Below are positions 33,370-41,987 of a stretch of DNA of 52,749 nucleotides, in pieces. How positions within the stretch are numbered: position 1 is the first letter of the stretch; each line of letters begins with the position of its first letter. Under the pieces are notes generated by a model. The model was not told where the DNA came from. It searched no databases and saw only the letters and a list, made by a program, of their open reading frames with translations. The stretch covers positions 1 through 52,749 of the forward strand of contig CAYQCQ010000001.1 of NCBI GenBank assembly GCA_964416035.1. Reading direction: 5' to 3'. The DNA comes from an uncultured Candidatus Bathyarchaeia archaeon. Its GTDB lineage: Archaea > Thermoproteota > Bathyarchaeia > 40CM-2-53-6 > JALHTG01. The translations under genes were made by a program, and so were the position numbers.

Positions 33370-34209
33370 CTACTTCCCCTTCCCATACTTCTTGAGTGCG
33401 AAGCCAATGTTTCCTAGGACTATGAAGACAATGACCAGCAGGTGCGAGAGTGACTGTGCGTCCATCGGAGGTGCCAACGTTCCCTTGTAGCCATAGCGGG
33501 CCAAGAGCACTTCATATTCCGCTGCTCCGGCCAACCCTTCGATTACTCCGCCGATCTGTGTAGGGAAGTAAGGTCTGATTCCAGGCGCACTGACGGCAGT
33601 CACCGCCGTAATTGTAGTCACTTCGTACTGTGCTTGTATCTGCCGTAGCCACTCAGGGACTCCGGGGGTTCCAGATGCGATCGTTATTAGCAACTTGAAA
33701 TCCTTGCCTGCCTTGATGTCTTTCATCATAGGGAGTGCCCCTACGGGGGTTCCATAGTAGTCCTTCGGGCAAGTCGCTTGTACATCTTTGCCTAATGCGC
33801 TCATACCGACCTCTCCGTTTGGAATCCATCCCAAGTTGACAAAGTCGATACCGTATTTGGGATGGTCCTTGGAGGCGCCGAGTACGTCCTTGAAAGCTCT
33901 ATCCATAAATGGAACTCCATCGGCCCAGAAACCAAGTCCGACTATTTTCGCGCCCTTCGCGGACAAGTGAGCAACCGTCGCTTTTGTTGCAGGATACTGC
34001 TCAGGCATTGAGGCAGGCGAATAGTCCATCGAGATAACCACCACATCTCCTGGCTTCACCTTTTCAACTACGTCATAGTATGCTGTCGTCATTGGGCTCA
34101 TCGATATTGGCAGGCCTAGGGGTCTAATCAACGGTAAAGATATCACCAGAAACAGGAGCACGTACATCGCTCTGGGATCAACCTTTTCGAGTTTTCCAAG
34201 AAAGCTCAT
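33370..34209 (-). CDS. bitopic protein with N- and C-terminal TM helices flanking a soluble domain of about 220 aa, unknown family
   Basis: - A 279-aa ORF.
- The N-terminal helix is MYVLLFLVISLPLI.
- The C-terminal helix is LLVIVFIVLGNIGFAL.
- The middle is alpha/beta-like. Confidence 0.7.
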   Translation of the reverse strand: MSFLGKLEKVDPRAMYVLLFLVISLPLIRPLGLPISMSPMTTAYYDVVEKVKPGDVVVISMDYSPASMPEQYPATKATVAHLSAKGAKIVGLGFWADGVPFMDRAFKDVLGASKDHPKYGIDFVNLGWIPNGEVGMSALGKDVQATCPKDYYGTPVGALPMMKDIKAGKDFKLLITIASGTPGVPEWLRQIQAQYEVTTITAVTAVSAPGIRPYFPTQIGGVIEGLAGAAEYEVLLARYGYKGTLAPPMDAQSLSHLLVIVFIVLGNIGFALKKYGKGK

Positions 34210-34221
34210 TTTTCAAGCCTC

Positions 34222-34866
34222 CTAAGCTCCAGGTCCAAGGTATCCGCGTTCTCTACCCAGAAGGACTCTTATGCCCATCGATAGAACCCCTAAGGCCACG
34301 CCTATGAGTATTCCTCGCATTCCAGCCGTGTTTGGAACAGCCATGATCCATGAGATGATAGGCACGAACTCGCTCCAAATAGCTGGTCCGATTGGAGCCC
34401 TTCCTATCATAACGACGACTGCTGATATCAATAGTACTGTCGCCTCAGCTGTTCTTGCTCGAAAGGCCCGGTAGGACGCAGAAGTGATGTAGAACGCTAG
34501 CATCGAGAATATGGTCGAGTCCAAGGGAACGTAGAGATTATCGAACCAGTAAGCGTATGTTGGGTGTGCTGTGAACTTTCCTTCTCCGAGCACCAAGCCG
34601 ACTATCAATAACCCATAGAGTGCTATGAGAAGAGCGAGGCTATTGTGCCATCCTTCCTTGTGCTTGGTGAGTCTTCTCGCATGTATTCTTGTCAATGTCA
34701 CCATGCCAATAACGACTGCGAATGTTGCCGCCACATTGACGAACTTCAGCCAATCAGATACTAGCTGGTTGTAGGATGGGACCTTGATGTAGTAGTCGCC
34801 TATCACTAACATTCCCGCGATGAAGGTGATGACAAGGGGCAAGTTTCTTCGTATTGCTACACTCAT
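34222..34866 (-). CDS. polytopic membrane protein (about 6 hydrophobic segments), unknown family
   Basis: A 214-aa ORF with a 12-nt gap to the next gene. Confidence 0.7.
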   Translation of the reverse strand: MSVAIRRNLPLVITFIAGMLVIGDYYIKVPSYNQLVSDWLKFVNVAATFAVVIGMVTLTRIHARRLTKHKEGWHNSLALLIALYGLLIVGLVLGEGKFTAHPTYAYWFDNLYVPLDSTIFSMLAFYITSASYRAFRARTAEATVLLISAVVVMIGRAPIGPAIWSEFVPIISWIMAVPNTAGMRGILIGVALGVLSMGIRVLLGRERGYLGPGA

Positions 34867-34885
34867 TTTTCATTCCCTCTTTCGA

Positions 34886-35719
34886 TTACCATAGTTTTGC
34901 AAGTAACTTCCACAGATCATTGTTCCCGGCTAGAGATAGCACTATGCCTATTGCCATCATGATAATTGCTATGGCTTTTCCGTAGTCTTGCCCCCATATC
35001 GCACCGATCTGAAGCGGGTCTTTGCTTAAGTAGGCTCCAGCTGCAAGTATTTCCTCTCCTATGAGGCAGTAGTCGCAGGCTGCAACGAAGAATGGGATTT
35101 GGGCGGTGTTAGCGGTTCCTGCCACTTGAATCGCTCCAGCCTGATAGCCTCCCTCTGCGAAAAGCAGAGACTCGGCCCAGAAGCCTCCGATCATTATGTT
35201 GGCCGCTACTTTCTCTCTATGCATTAAACCGACAACGCCTGATGCGTATGCGAATTGAGTGTCTGAAAGGTAGATGATCTTGTCGGGATCAAAGTCATCT
35301 GGCACGCCTGCCTTCACATATGCTTGACGTACTATTTCAGCTGCTAGAGGCTGGACTTGAGGGATTCTGATTGTTGTCCAGAGCGTAGTCTTGTACTTAG
35401 CTGCAAGCTCCGCCACATGTGCGAGTACCGAGAGTCCGGCTAGAGTCTGAGGACCTGTATCCGTGGCCAAACCGGCTATTCCAGGTGAGAAGTGAACGGG
35501 ACGCCCCATCTCTGTTGCTCGGCCTATAGCTTCCTTAATGGCATCCAGACCTGCCATCTTGCGTATAGCTGGTCTTCCGATCCCTTTCATTGTAAGGTAG
35601 AGTGTCACAAGCATTATGGTGGTCATCACGAGCAAGAAGACGAAAGCGCTTTGGCTTGCTGCAGGTATTGGTAGAATTTTTCCTTCCTCCTTTTCATTTT
35701 CCGTTTTTCTTTTGCGCAC
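34886..35719 (-). CDS. membrane protein with terminal TM helices and a Gly/Ala-rich central region, unknown family
   Basis: - A 277-aa ORF and the first gene of the membrane operon.
- It has a GTG start.
- A TATA-like TTTTAAATA (minus) lies at 35779-35771. Confidence 0.65.
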   Translation of the reverse strand: MRKRKTENEKEEGKILPIPAASQSAFVFLLVMTTIMLVTLYLTMKGIGRPAIRKMAGLDAIKEAIGRATEMGRPVHFSPGIAGLATDTGPQTLAGLSVLAHVAELAAKYKTTLWTTIRIPQVQPLAAEIVRQAYVKAGVPDDFDPDKIIYLSDTQFAYASGVVGLMHREKVAANIMIGGFWAESLLFAEGGYQAGAIQVAGTANTAQIPFFVAACDYCLIGEEILAAGAYLSKDPLQIGAIWGQDYGKAIAIIMMAIGIVLSLAGNNDLWKLLAKLW

Positions 35720-35770
35720 TGCTCTTTCCGTATGGGATGGCGTGCGCTTCTTCCCGACTAAGCCTCGGTC

Positions 35771-35779
35771 TATTTAAAA
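35771..35779 (-). promoter_or_regulatory. TATA-box candidate for the four-gene membrane operon
   Basis: TTTTAAATA on the minus strand lies about 52-60 nt upstream of the 35719 start. Confidence 0.35.
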
Positions 35780-35994
35780 CTCTTGCCGTCCAACAGGTGT
35801 CTCTGATCGCTCGGAAAGGCTCACCTTGAACCCCTTTTCATGCTTTAGGGTGGGAAGTATGACCTGAAGTCCTGGTGGGTTCCAAGGCTGAACATTGGCC
35901 TGAGAACGGAAATAACGTAAGGATTCGGATTCTACAAATTCGTGAACTGTGTTCCGAGAAACTCAGACAAGAATGGTGAGAAAGAGACTCAGCC

Positions 35995-37122
35995 TTATTC
36001 CTCTATGATTTCGACGTTGGCTCTCGGAACTATTGCCCTCCGACCGTCTTCTAGCTCTATCTCTACCACTCTAACGTCAGACTCTGTCTCCACCACTTGT
36101 AGCTCAACTGGCAAACTTGCCACACGTCCAATTGCTCCGAAGTATGGATCTCTGATCACTCTGATTGGAGTGCCGGGGGCCATTCCTCCGCTGGTTTCCT
36201 CCTCCTCAACCAGCCCTTTAACCTCAGTGTCCTTCAGGGAAATGACTATCTCTGGTCTGATGACTCCAGCACGAATCTGCGTGGCGCCGTTGATGGACGC
36301 CTCTCTTCCGTCAAACGATTTGAGCAGATTGAAGGTTCTATGGGGCATCTTCATCTTGCCGAATCCTTCAGTGATGATAAGTGTCGTTCCTACTTCCTCA
36401 TGTCCCGTAATCGCAACCCCTATCTCGTAGCCTAGGAACTTGATCAGATCCTCGTCCTCGACACCTCCGACTACTATCCCTTTGACTCCCGTCTTGACGG
36501 CCTTGGCAAGCGCTTCACCTGTGACAAGTGAGCCACCCACAAGGACCTTTCCCTCACATGAAGAATCAATCTTTTCAGGGGTGAGAACCTCATCTGGAGT
36601 ACTTGCAACCATCTTTAGGTTCGCATGGGCTTCTCCACCTACTCCGAAGATACCTTGCACGAGAGCAGCGGGTGTGCGAATCGTCACGCCTCCCTTGGGC
36701 ATCACATGAACGACCTTTCCAGGGATGTACGCCGTTATCTCGACGGGAACGTAAGGTTCTCTCAAGGCAATCTGACCCGTGACTTCAGAGATCAATTCAA
36801 TCGTTCCATCTGACGGCGCGTACACGAAAGACTTGAAAAGGCCGAAGAAAGAGCTGCGTTTCGCGATGAGCTCATTCTTTGTAACTTGCCCCTTCAGCTT
36901 TTTCAGCATGAACGGGCCTATTTCTTCCGGATCCACTCCAAGTGCGTTTGCCACGTTTATCAAGTGGATCTCTCCCGGAACCTGTGTCCTCGCTACGACT
37001 TGGTCGTGCGTTACGGTGTCTCCTTCCTTTACGAGGACCTCCCCTGGTATCGGTAGCCTTCGTGTCTTGCTCACTATCGTGAACCTTTTGACTTTGAGTC
37101 CAGGCGTGTACGCATGTGCCAT
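35995..37122 (-). CDS. cytoplasmic protein with split barrel-sandwich (lipoyl/HlyD-like) motifs, a Gly-rich alpha/beta core and a small C-terminal beta-domain
   Basis: - I prefer ATG 37122 (MAHAYTPGLKV), which lies 1 nt after the upstream TAG (TAGCATG), over the track start at 37164.
- LPIPGEVLVKEGDTVTHDQVVAR and YAPSDGTIELISEVTGQIAL are hybrid-motif halves.
- The Gly-rich core includes VLVGGSLVTGEALAKAVKTGVKGIVVGGV. Confidence 0.7.
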   Translation of the reverse strand: MAHAYTPGLKVKRFTIVSKTRRLPIPGEVLVKEGDTVTHDQVVARTQVPGEIHLINVANALGVDPEEIGPFMLKKLKGQVTKNELIAKRSSFFGLFKSFVYAPSDGTIELISEVTGQIALREPYVPVEITAYIPGKVVHVMPKGGVTIRTPAALVQGIFGVGGEAHANLKMVASTPDEVLTPEKIDSSCEGKVLVGGSLVTGEALAKAVKTGVKGIVVGGVEDEDLIKFLGYEIGVAITGHEEVGTTLIITEGFGKMKMPHRTFNLLKSFDGREASINGATQIRAGVIRPEIVISLKDTEVKGLVEEEETSGGMAPGTPIRVIRDPYFGAIGRVASLPVELQVVETESDVRVVEIELEDGRRAIVPRANVEIIEE

Positions 37123-37123
37123 G

Positions 37124-39031
37124 CTAGCTTCCCCCTTTGACTTCTGGTGACCGAATCCGCTCATAGACGGTTTCAGGGTACGCGTTCATTGCTTGGAACC
37201 ACTCGAGCAATCTCTGTCTTCTTGCTGCTGGATCCTCGGGAATTGAGAGAGGCCTGCCTCTGCAGTCAAAGATCAAGCCGACAACGCCGCCTTCCACTGT
37301 CGTTTCTAGGCCATGGCCCGGTCCTCTTCCCACATCCAAATCCTTCGCGGGTGAGAGAACCAGTTTGGCGGTCTTGCCTGATTCGAGTGGAACCACCTTT
37401 ATCGAACCAAAGGCCACATTCTCCTCCACCACGTGGCCCTCAGCTTCAACCTTGAAGCTCAGAGCGTTTCCCTCTTCCTTAAGTACGCCTCTCGGCGCTA
37501 TGCAGGTTCCCAGCCTCACTAGGCAGTCTTTCTCGAAGATCTCGAGAGCTGCTTGCGGGTGGACGGTCGATAGGACACCGAGATGCGGCATCATAAACAC
37601 ACTATCTTGAGCCAGCCTCGTCAGCCCTTCCGGCTGGAACCCATCTATCAAGAGAAGCGCTGACTGTGCCCGTCTCGGTGCGTGAGAAAGCAACCCTCCG
37701 GTTCCTGCCAAGAAGTCTACGTGCATCATGTCAATATACGTCTCCACCCCAGTTGATTGCTCAAAGATCTCTCCCATGGTTCTTACTCTCTGGATGCCCC
37801 TCAAGCCTCTGGCCAGCTGCTTGTGATGCTGGAAACCCAATCTAAGAGCCTCGCGAGCGACGGCATGTTCTACCATGAGCTCCTCCAAGGTCTGCGGAAT
37901 AGTTGTCGGCCTAATCATCTTGTTTCTCAGCCTGTTGCGGACAAGAACAGGTTCGATGTCAAATGGAATCCATCGCATGATGTTGTCGATCGTAGCCTCC
38001 TTCATGACATTGCAGATGCTATAACTCATCCCCAAGTTGGCGCTGACAGTCCTTACGAACTTTCCATCGTATATTGAGTATACATTCGTGGTCGCTCCGC
38101 CTAAGCCGACCCCGATGACGTTAACTCTCCTCAACTCTGCCAAGGTTCTAAACATTCGGCCTTCCCCTGCAGGAGTCGGCATGATCGGAACGTCTGTCCA
38201 TTTCATCAGCTTGTCATAGCCTGGTGCATGAGACATGACGTGCTCCATGAAAAGCTCATGAATCGCGTCGCGGGCGGGTTCTGTGTTCTCAAGCTCAAGC
38301 ATTGGTCTGATATTGTCTACTATTCTGACAGCAAACTTGTCTCCCAGAGTTTTCGAGACAGCTGTCCTTGCGTCCTTGTTTCCTGCGTAGACGATTGGTA
38401 GCTCATAGCCTATCCCAAGCCGTGCCCTCGGCTCGGCCGCAGCTATCAGCTCGGTGATCTCCGCGACATGGGTAATTGTGCCGCCGTCCGTTCCTCCGGC
38501 AAGTAGGATCATGTCCGGCCTGAGTGTTCTTATTATCTCAATTTTCTGGTGGGGCATCCTTCCGTCATCAACTGCGATTACGTCCATTACGATGGCTCCG
38601 GCGCCGAGGGCGGCTCGCTCAGCGCTTTCCGCAGTCATTGTCTTCACGACTCCGGCAACCATCATCTGGAGACCACCACCCGCACTACTAGTTGTGGCAT
38701 AGAGATCGACACCGTTTCCGTTCGCCCTGCGCGGCCACACGATGCCTTCTTCTTCAAGCAAACGCAGTCCTGTAAGCTCTTCCACTTCTCGAACCGCGTT
38801 TCTGACACCTCTCGTCACGTCTTCGAATGGAGCCTCAACGGTTGTTGGAGCTTCTCCGCTGGAAACAAATCTGTACTCGTTGCTTTTCTTCCTGAAGAGA
38901 CGCGCCTTGGTGGTGGTGCTGCCTACGTCCGTCACCAGCATTATCTCAAATTCTTCCGGCTTCTTTGTTTGGCGCTGGCTCGTAGTTCCTCGCCTCTCTC
39001 TAAACTTGGCTAGACGGATTACCTTGCTCAT
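37124..39031 (-). CDS. GlmL/MutL-like ASKHA (actin-fold) ATPase
   Basis: - MLVTDVGSTTTKARLF is the phosphate-1 motif of the glutamate-mutase-L-like family.
- Later Gly-rich motifs are TTSSAGGGLQMMV, LLAGGTDGG, GVGLGGATTNVYS and LAGTGGLLSH.
- The true start may be Met31 at 38941. Confidence 0.8.
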   Translation of the reverse strand: MSKVIRLAKFRERRGTTSQRQTKKPEEFEIMLVTDVGSTTTKARLFRKKSNEYRFVSSGEAPTTVEAPFEDVTRGVRNAVREVEELTGLRLLEEEGIVWPRRANGNGVDLYATTSSAGGGLQMMVAGVVKTMTAESAERAALGAGAIVMDVIAVDDGRMPHQKIEIIRTLRPDMILLAGGTDGGTITHVAEITELIAAAEPRARLGIGYELPIVYAGNKDARTAVSKTLGDKFAVRIVDNIRPMLELENTEPARDAIHELFMEHVMSHAPGYDKLMKWTDVPIMPTPAGEGRMFRTLAELRRVNVIGVGLGGATTNVYSIYDGKFVRTVSANLGMSYSICNVMKEATIDNIMRWIPFDIEPVLVRNRLRNKMIRPTTIPQTLEELMVEHAVAREALRLGFQHHKQLARGLRGIQRVRTMGEIFEQSTGVETYIDMMHVDFLAGTGGLLSHAPRRAQSALLLIDGFQPEGLTRLAQDSVFMMPHLGVLSTVHPQAALEIFEKDCLVRLGTCIAPRGVLKEEGNALSFKVEAEGHVVEENVAFGSIKVVPLESGKTAKLVLSPAKDLDVGRGPGHGLETTVEGGVVGLIFDCRGRPLSIPEDPAARRQRLLEWFQAMNAYPETVYERIRSPEVKGGS

Positions 39032-39177
39032 GCTTTTTAAGCTTAAGAAACAGGCATTTCTCCGAAGTTCAACACCTCAAGCGGAAAAGATCAGTTCAAG
39101 CCCCCGATGAGTCATTGTCGTCTTCGCAACTGATAAATCTCGGTAGCAAGCTCTCACAGTTAGGGTAGCGATCCATA

Positions 39178-40569
39178 TTGTCAACGAGAATTGCAGAGAA
39201 GGCGGTCGCGCTCTGCGAAAGGCTCGGAGCCGATTATGCCGACGCAAGAGTTGAACGAACATATTCCACGGACATTAGGCTCATGAAAGACACGTTTGAC
39301 CAAGTAGCCTCCGGAGCCGACCAAGGGCTGGGAATCAGAGTTCTCTACAAGGGAGCATGGGGATTCGGCTCCTCGACTTCACTGGAGCTAAGAAACGTTT
39401 CACAAACCATTCGTGAGGCTTTCAAGGCCGCAAAGGCCACTGCCTCGCGCACCCAAATGAAAGCTCGTCTAGCAGAGGTCTCCCCGGTCAAGGATGTTGT
39501 GACAGCTACTGTGAAGGAGCCAATGCGGTCGGTACCAATAGACAGGAAGATGAAGCTAACCTTGGAGACTTCAGAGGAGGCTACGAAGGTTGACAAGCGA
39601 ATTGCGAGTGTAACAGTGACTTACAGTGATTCCAGCGGAGAGGCCTACTTGGCGACGAGTGAAGGAACACGCTTGATTGGAAGGCCGAGTCGAGGAAGCA
39701 TCGTCATTGTGGCAGTCGCAAGAGAGGGAACAAAAGTGGGGACTATTCGAGAGAGGAACGGAATGCAAGCTGGATTCGAACTGTTCGAGAAGATAGATCC
39801 ACTGGGATTGGCGAGAAGAGCCGCTGAGAGGGCAGTCAAGCTGCTTGAGGCGGTTCCAGCTCCAAGCGGAAGATTCACCGTGATAGCTGACCAGAAACTC
39901 GCCGGGGTGTTTGCGCATGAGGCTGTAGGTCATGCCTCCGAAGCGGATCACGTGATAACCGGGGAATCTGTGCTCAAAGACAAGATTGGTCAAAGAGTGG
40001 GATCTGACCTAGTTACGATGTATGACGATTCTACGTATCCTCAAGGGTGGGGCTCCTCCATTTATGATTCAGAGGGGGTGCCTACGAAGAAACGTCTCAT
40101 CATAGACAAAGGGTTCTTGAGGGGATACATTCTGAACAGGGAGACCGCTGCCGAGTTGAATATGGATCCCAACGGAGGGGCTAGGGCTCAATCCTTCGCC
40201 TATCGGCCAGTGGTCAGAATGAGCAACACTTACCTGACAGTGGGTACTCAGAGCTTTGAGGAGCTCCTTGAAGAGGTAGACCACGGGGTCTACTTGAAGG
40301 GATCCCGCGGAGGACAGGTCGATACAGCCAAGGGAACCTTCCAGTTCAGCGCTGAGGAAGGACACTTGATTGAGAAGGGCCAGTTGACCAAACCGTTAAG
40401 CGATGTCTCGCTTTCAGGAATGACCTTGGAGACACTTATGAATATCGACGGCGTGGCTGACGACTTCCAGATGACCATTGGGCTATGTGGCAAGGCGGGA
40501 CAGGTCGTCACGACTGGAACTGGAAGTCCTCACATAAGAATCAGGAACGCCGTCGTAGGAGGGAAATAG
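39178..40569 (+). CDS. tldD: TldD-family metalloprotease
   Basis: - HEAVGHASEADHV is the TldD HExxxH site.
- It has the GxC motif region near the C-terminus (GLCGKAGQ).
- It has a TTG start. Confidence 0.9.
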   Translation: MSTRIAEKAVALCERLGADYADARVERTYSTDIRLMKDTFDQVASGADQGLGIRVLYKGAWGFGSSTSLELRNVSQTIREAFKAAKATASRTQMKARLAEVSPVKDVVTATVKEPMRSVPIDRKMKLTLETSEEATKVDKRIASVTVTYSDSSGEAYLATSEGTRLIGRPSRGSIVIVAVAREGTKVGTIRERNGMQAGFELFEKIDPLGLARRAAERAVKLLEAVPAPSGRFTVIADQKLAGVFAHEAVGHASEADHVITGESVLKDKIGQRVGSDLVTMYDDSTYPQGWGSSIYDSEGVPTKKRLIIDKGFLRGYILNRETAAELNMDPNGGARAQSFAYRPVVRMSNTYLTVGTQSFEELLEEVDHGVYLKGSRGGQVDTAKGTFQFSAEEGHLIEKGQLTKPLSDVSLSGMTLETLMNIDGVADDFQMTIGLCGKAGQVVTTGTGSPHIRIRNAVVGGK

Positions 40570-40570
40570 C

Positions 40571-41950
40571 GTGAACGAAACTTTGGAGTATGCGCTTAGA
40601 AGATGCATCAAACTAGGTGCTACTCAAGCAGAAGTGTTCGCGATCGACGAGGTTGGCACAAACATCGTGATCGAGAAGAAGCAGGTAAAGATTGGCCAAG
40701 TGAAGCGTGATCGCGGCATGGGCATAAGGGTCTTGGTCAAGAAAGATGGTGGAGCCTCAACAGGATTCAGCTATGTGACAGACTTCTCTAGGAGTACTGT
40801 GATGGAGGCGGTGGAGAAGGCGGTCACAACAGCCAAGGTGAAGCGCGCTGATAAAGATCTCAGGTCCTTTCAGGAAAAGGCTAGAACTCGAAAGGTCGCA
40901 AACATATTTGACAAAAGGATTCCCCGGACCGATCCGTCTGACCTGATCGAGGTTGGAAGGTCGATGTTAGAGCAAGCGTGCGAGGATTCGAGAGTATCTA
41001 CAGTCAGCGGCAGTGTGCATGCGGGCTTCGGAGAAACCTCCGTCGCCAACTCACTAGGGGTCTCAGGCAGCTACAGGTCGACTGGGTTCGGCGGCCATAT
41101 GTATGTGGTGGCTGAATCTGGGGGATCCGTAGGCGTTGGCTGGGAAAGCCACTCTTCAAGCCACTACGAGGGCAGGAAACTAGTCGCAGCGGCAGGCTAC
41201 GCCGCCGAGACAGCGATAAAGCAGCTGAATCCGAGGCCCCTCGAACCGGGAATCTATGACGTTGTTGTTGATCAGGACGGATTGGCAGACCTCTTCATGA
41301 ACACTCTTGTTCAGCAGATTAGAGCGGACTTGGTTCAGAGGAACCAATCCCCGCTTACAGGAAAGATTGGATCTGAAGTGGCTTCGGAGAATGTCACCTT
41401 GATGGACGATCCGAGTGTTCCGAGAGCGCTTGGCTCAAAACCTTTCGACTCTGAAGGATGCCCGACCAATCCTAGGCCGATAGTAGAGAAAGGTGTCCTC
41501 CGAACTTTCTTGCACAACTCGTATACAGCCAACAAAGAAGGCGTTGAGAATACAGGTAACTCCATGAGATACATCATGTTCGGAACGAGATCGGAGTACG
41601 CCCTCGAACCAAGCATAGGTCCACACAATCTAGTTCTGAAACCGGGCAAGGGAAGGAGAGAAGATCTGATCCGAGAGGTCAAGAACGGAATCCTGGTCAG
41701 AGGATTCATCGGAGCCCATACTTCAAACGTTCAGAGCGGCGACTTTTCTCTTGCGCTAGACTGCATCTTCAGAATAGAGAATGGGGAGTTGACCTTCCCT
41801 GTCAAGCAGGCCATGATAGGGGGAAACATGCCGAGCATCCTGAGGCAGATTCAGCTTGCGGCTGCAAATTCAAAGCAGGTGACGATGGGTCCAGGGATGA
41901 CGTTGATTTCACCGACCATCCTGATAGAGAAGCTCACCGTAGCGGCATGA
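40571..41950 (+). CDS. pmbA: PmbA/TldE-family partner of TldD
   Basis: - It starts 1 nt after the tldD stop.
- It is homologous in architecture but lacks HExxxH, as expected for PmbA. Confidence 0.85.
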   Translation: MNETLEYALRRCIKLGATQAEVFAIDEVGTNIVIEKKQVKIGQVKRDRGMGIRVLVKKDGGASTGFSYVTDFSRSTVMEAVEKAVTTAKVKRADKDLRSFQEKARTRKVANIFDKRIPRTDPSDLIEVGRSMLEQACEDSRVSTVSGSVHAGFGETSVANSLGVSGSYRSTGFGGHMYVVAESGGSVGVGWESHSSSHYEGRKLVAAAGYAAETAIKQLNPRPLEPGIYDVVVDQDGLADLFMNTLVQQIRADLVQRNQSPLTGKIGSEVASENVTLMDDPSVPRALGSKPFDSEGCPTNPRPIVEKGVLRTFLHNSYTANKEGVENTGNSMRYIMFGTRSEYALEPSIGPHNLVLKPGKGRREDLIREVKNGILVRGFIGAHTSNVQSGDFSLALDCIFRIENGELTFPVKQAMIGGNMPSILRQIQLAAANSKQVTMGPGMTLISPTILIEKLTVAA

Positions 41951-41987
41951 ACCAGGAAGGGGCCTCTGCTCCTCTTGTTCCTCCATC

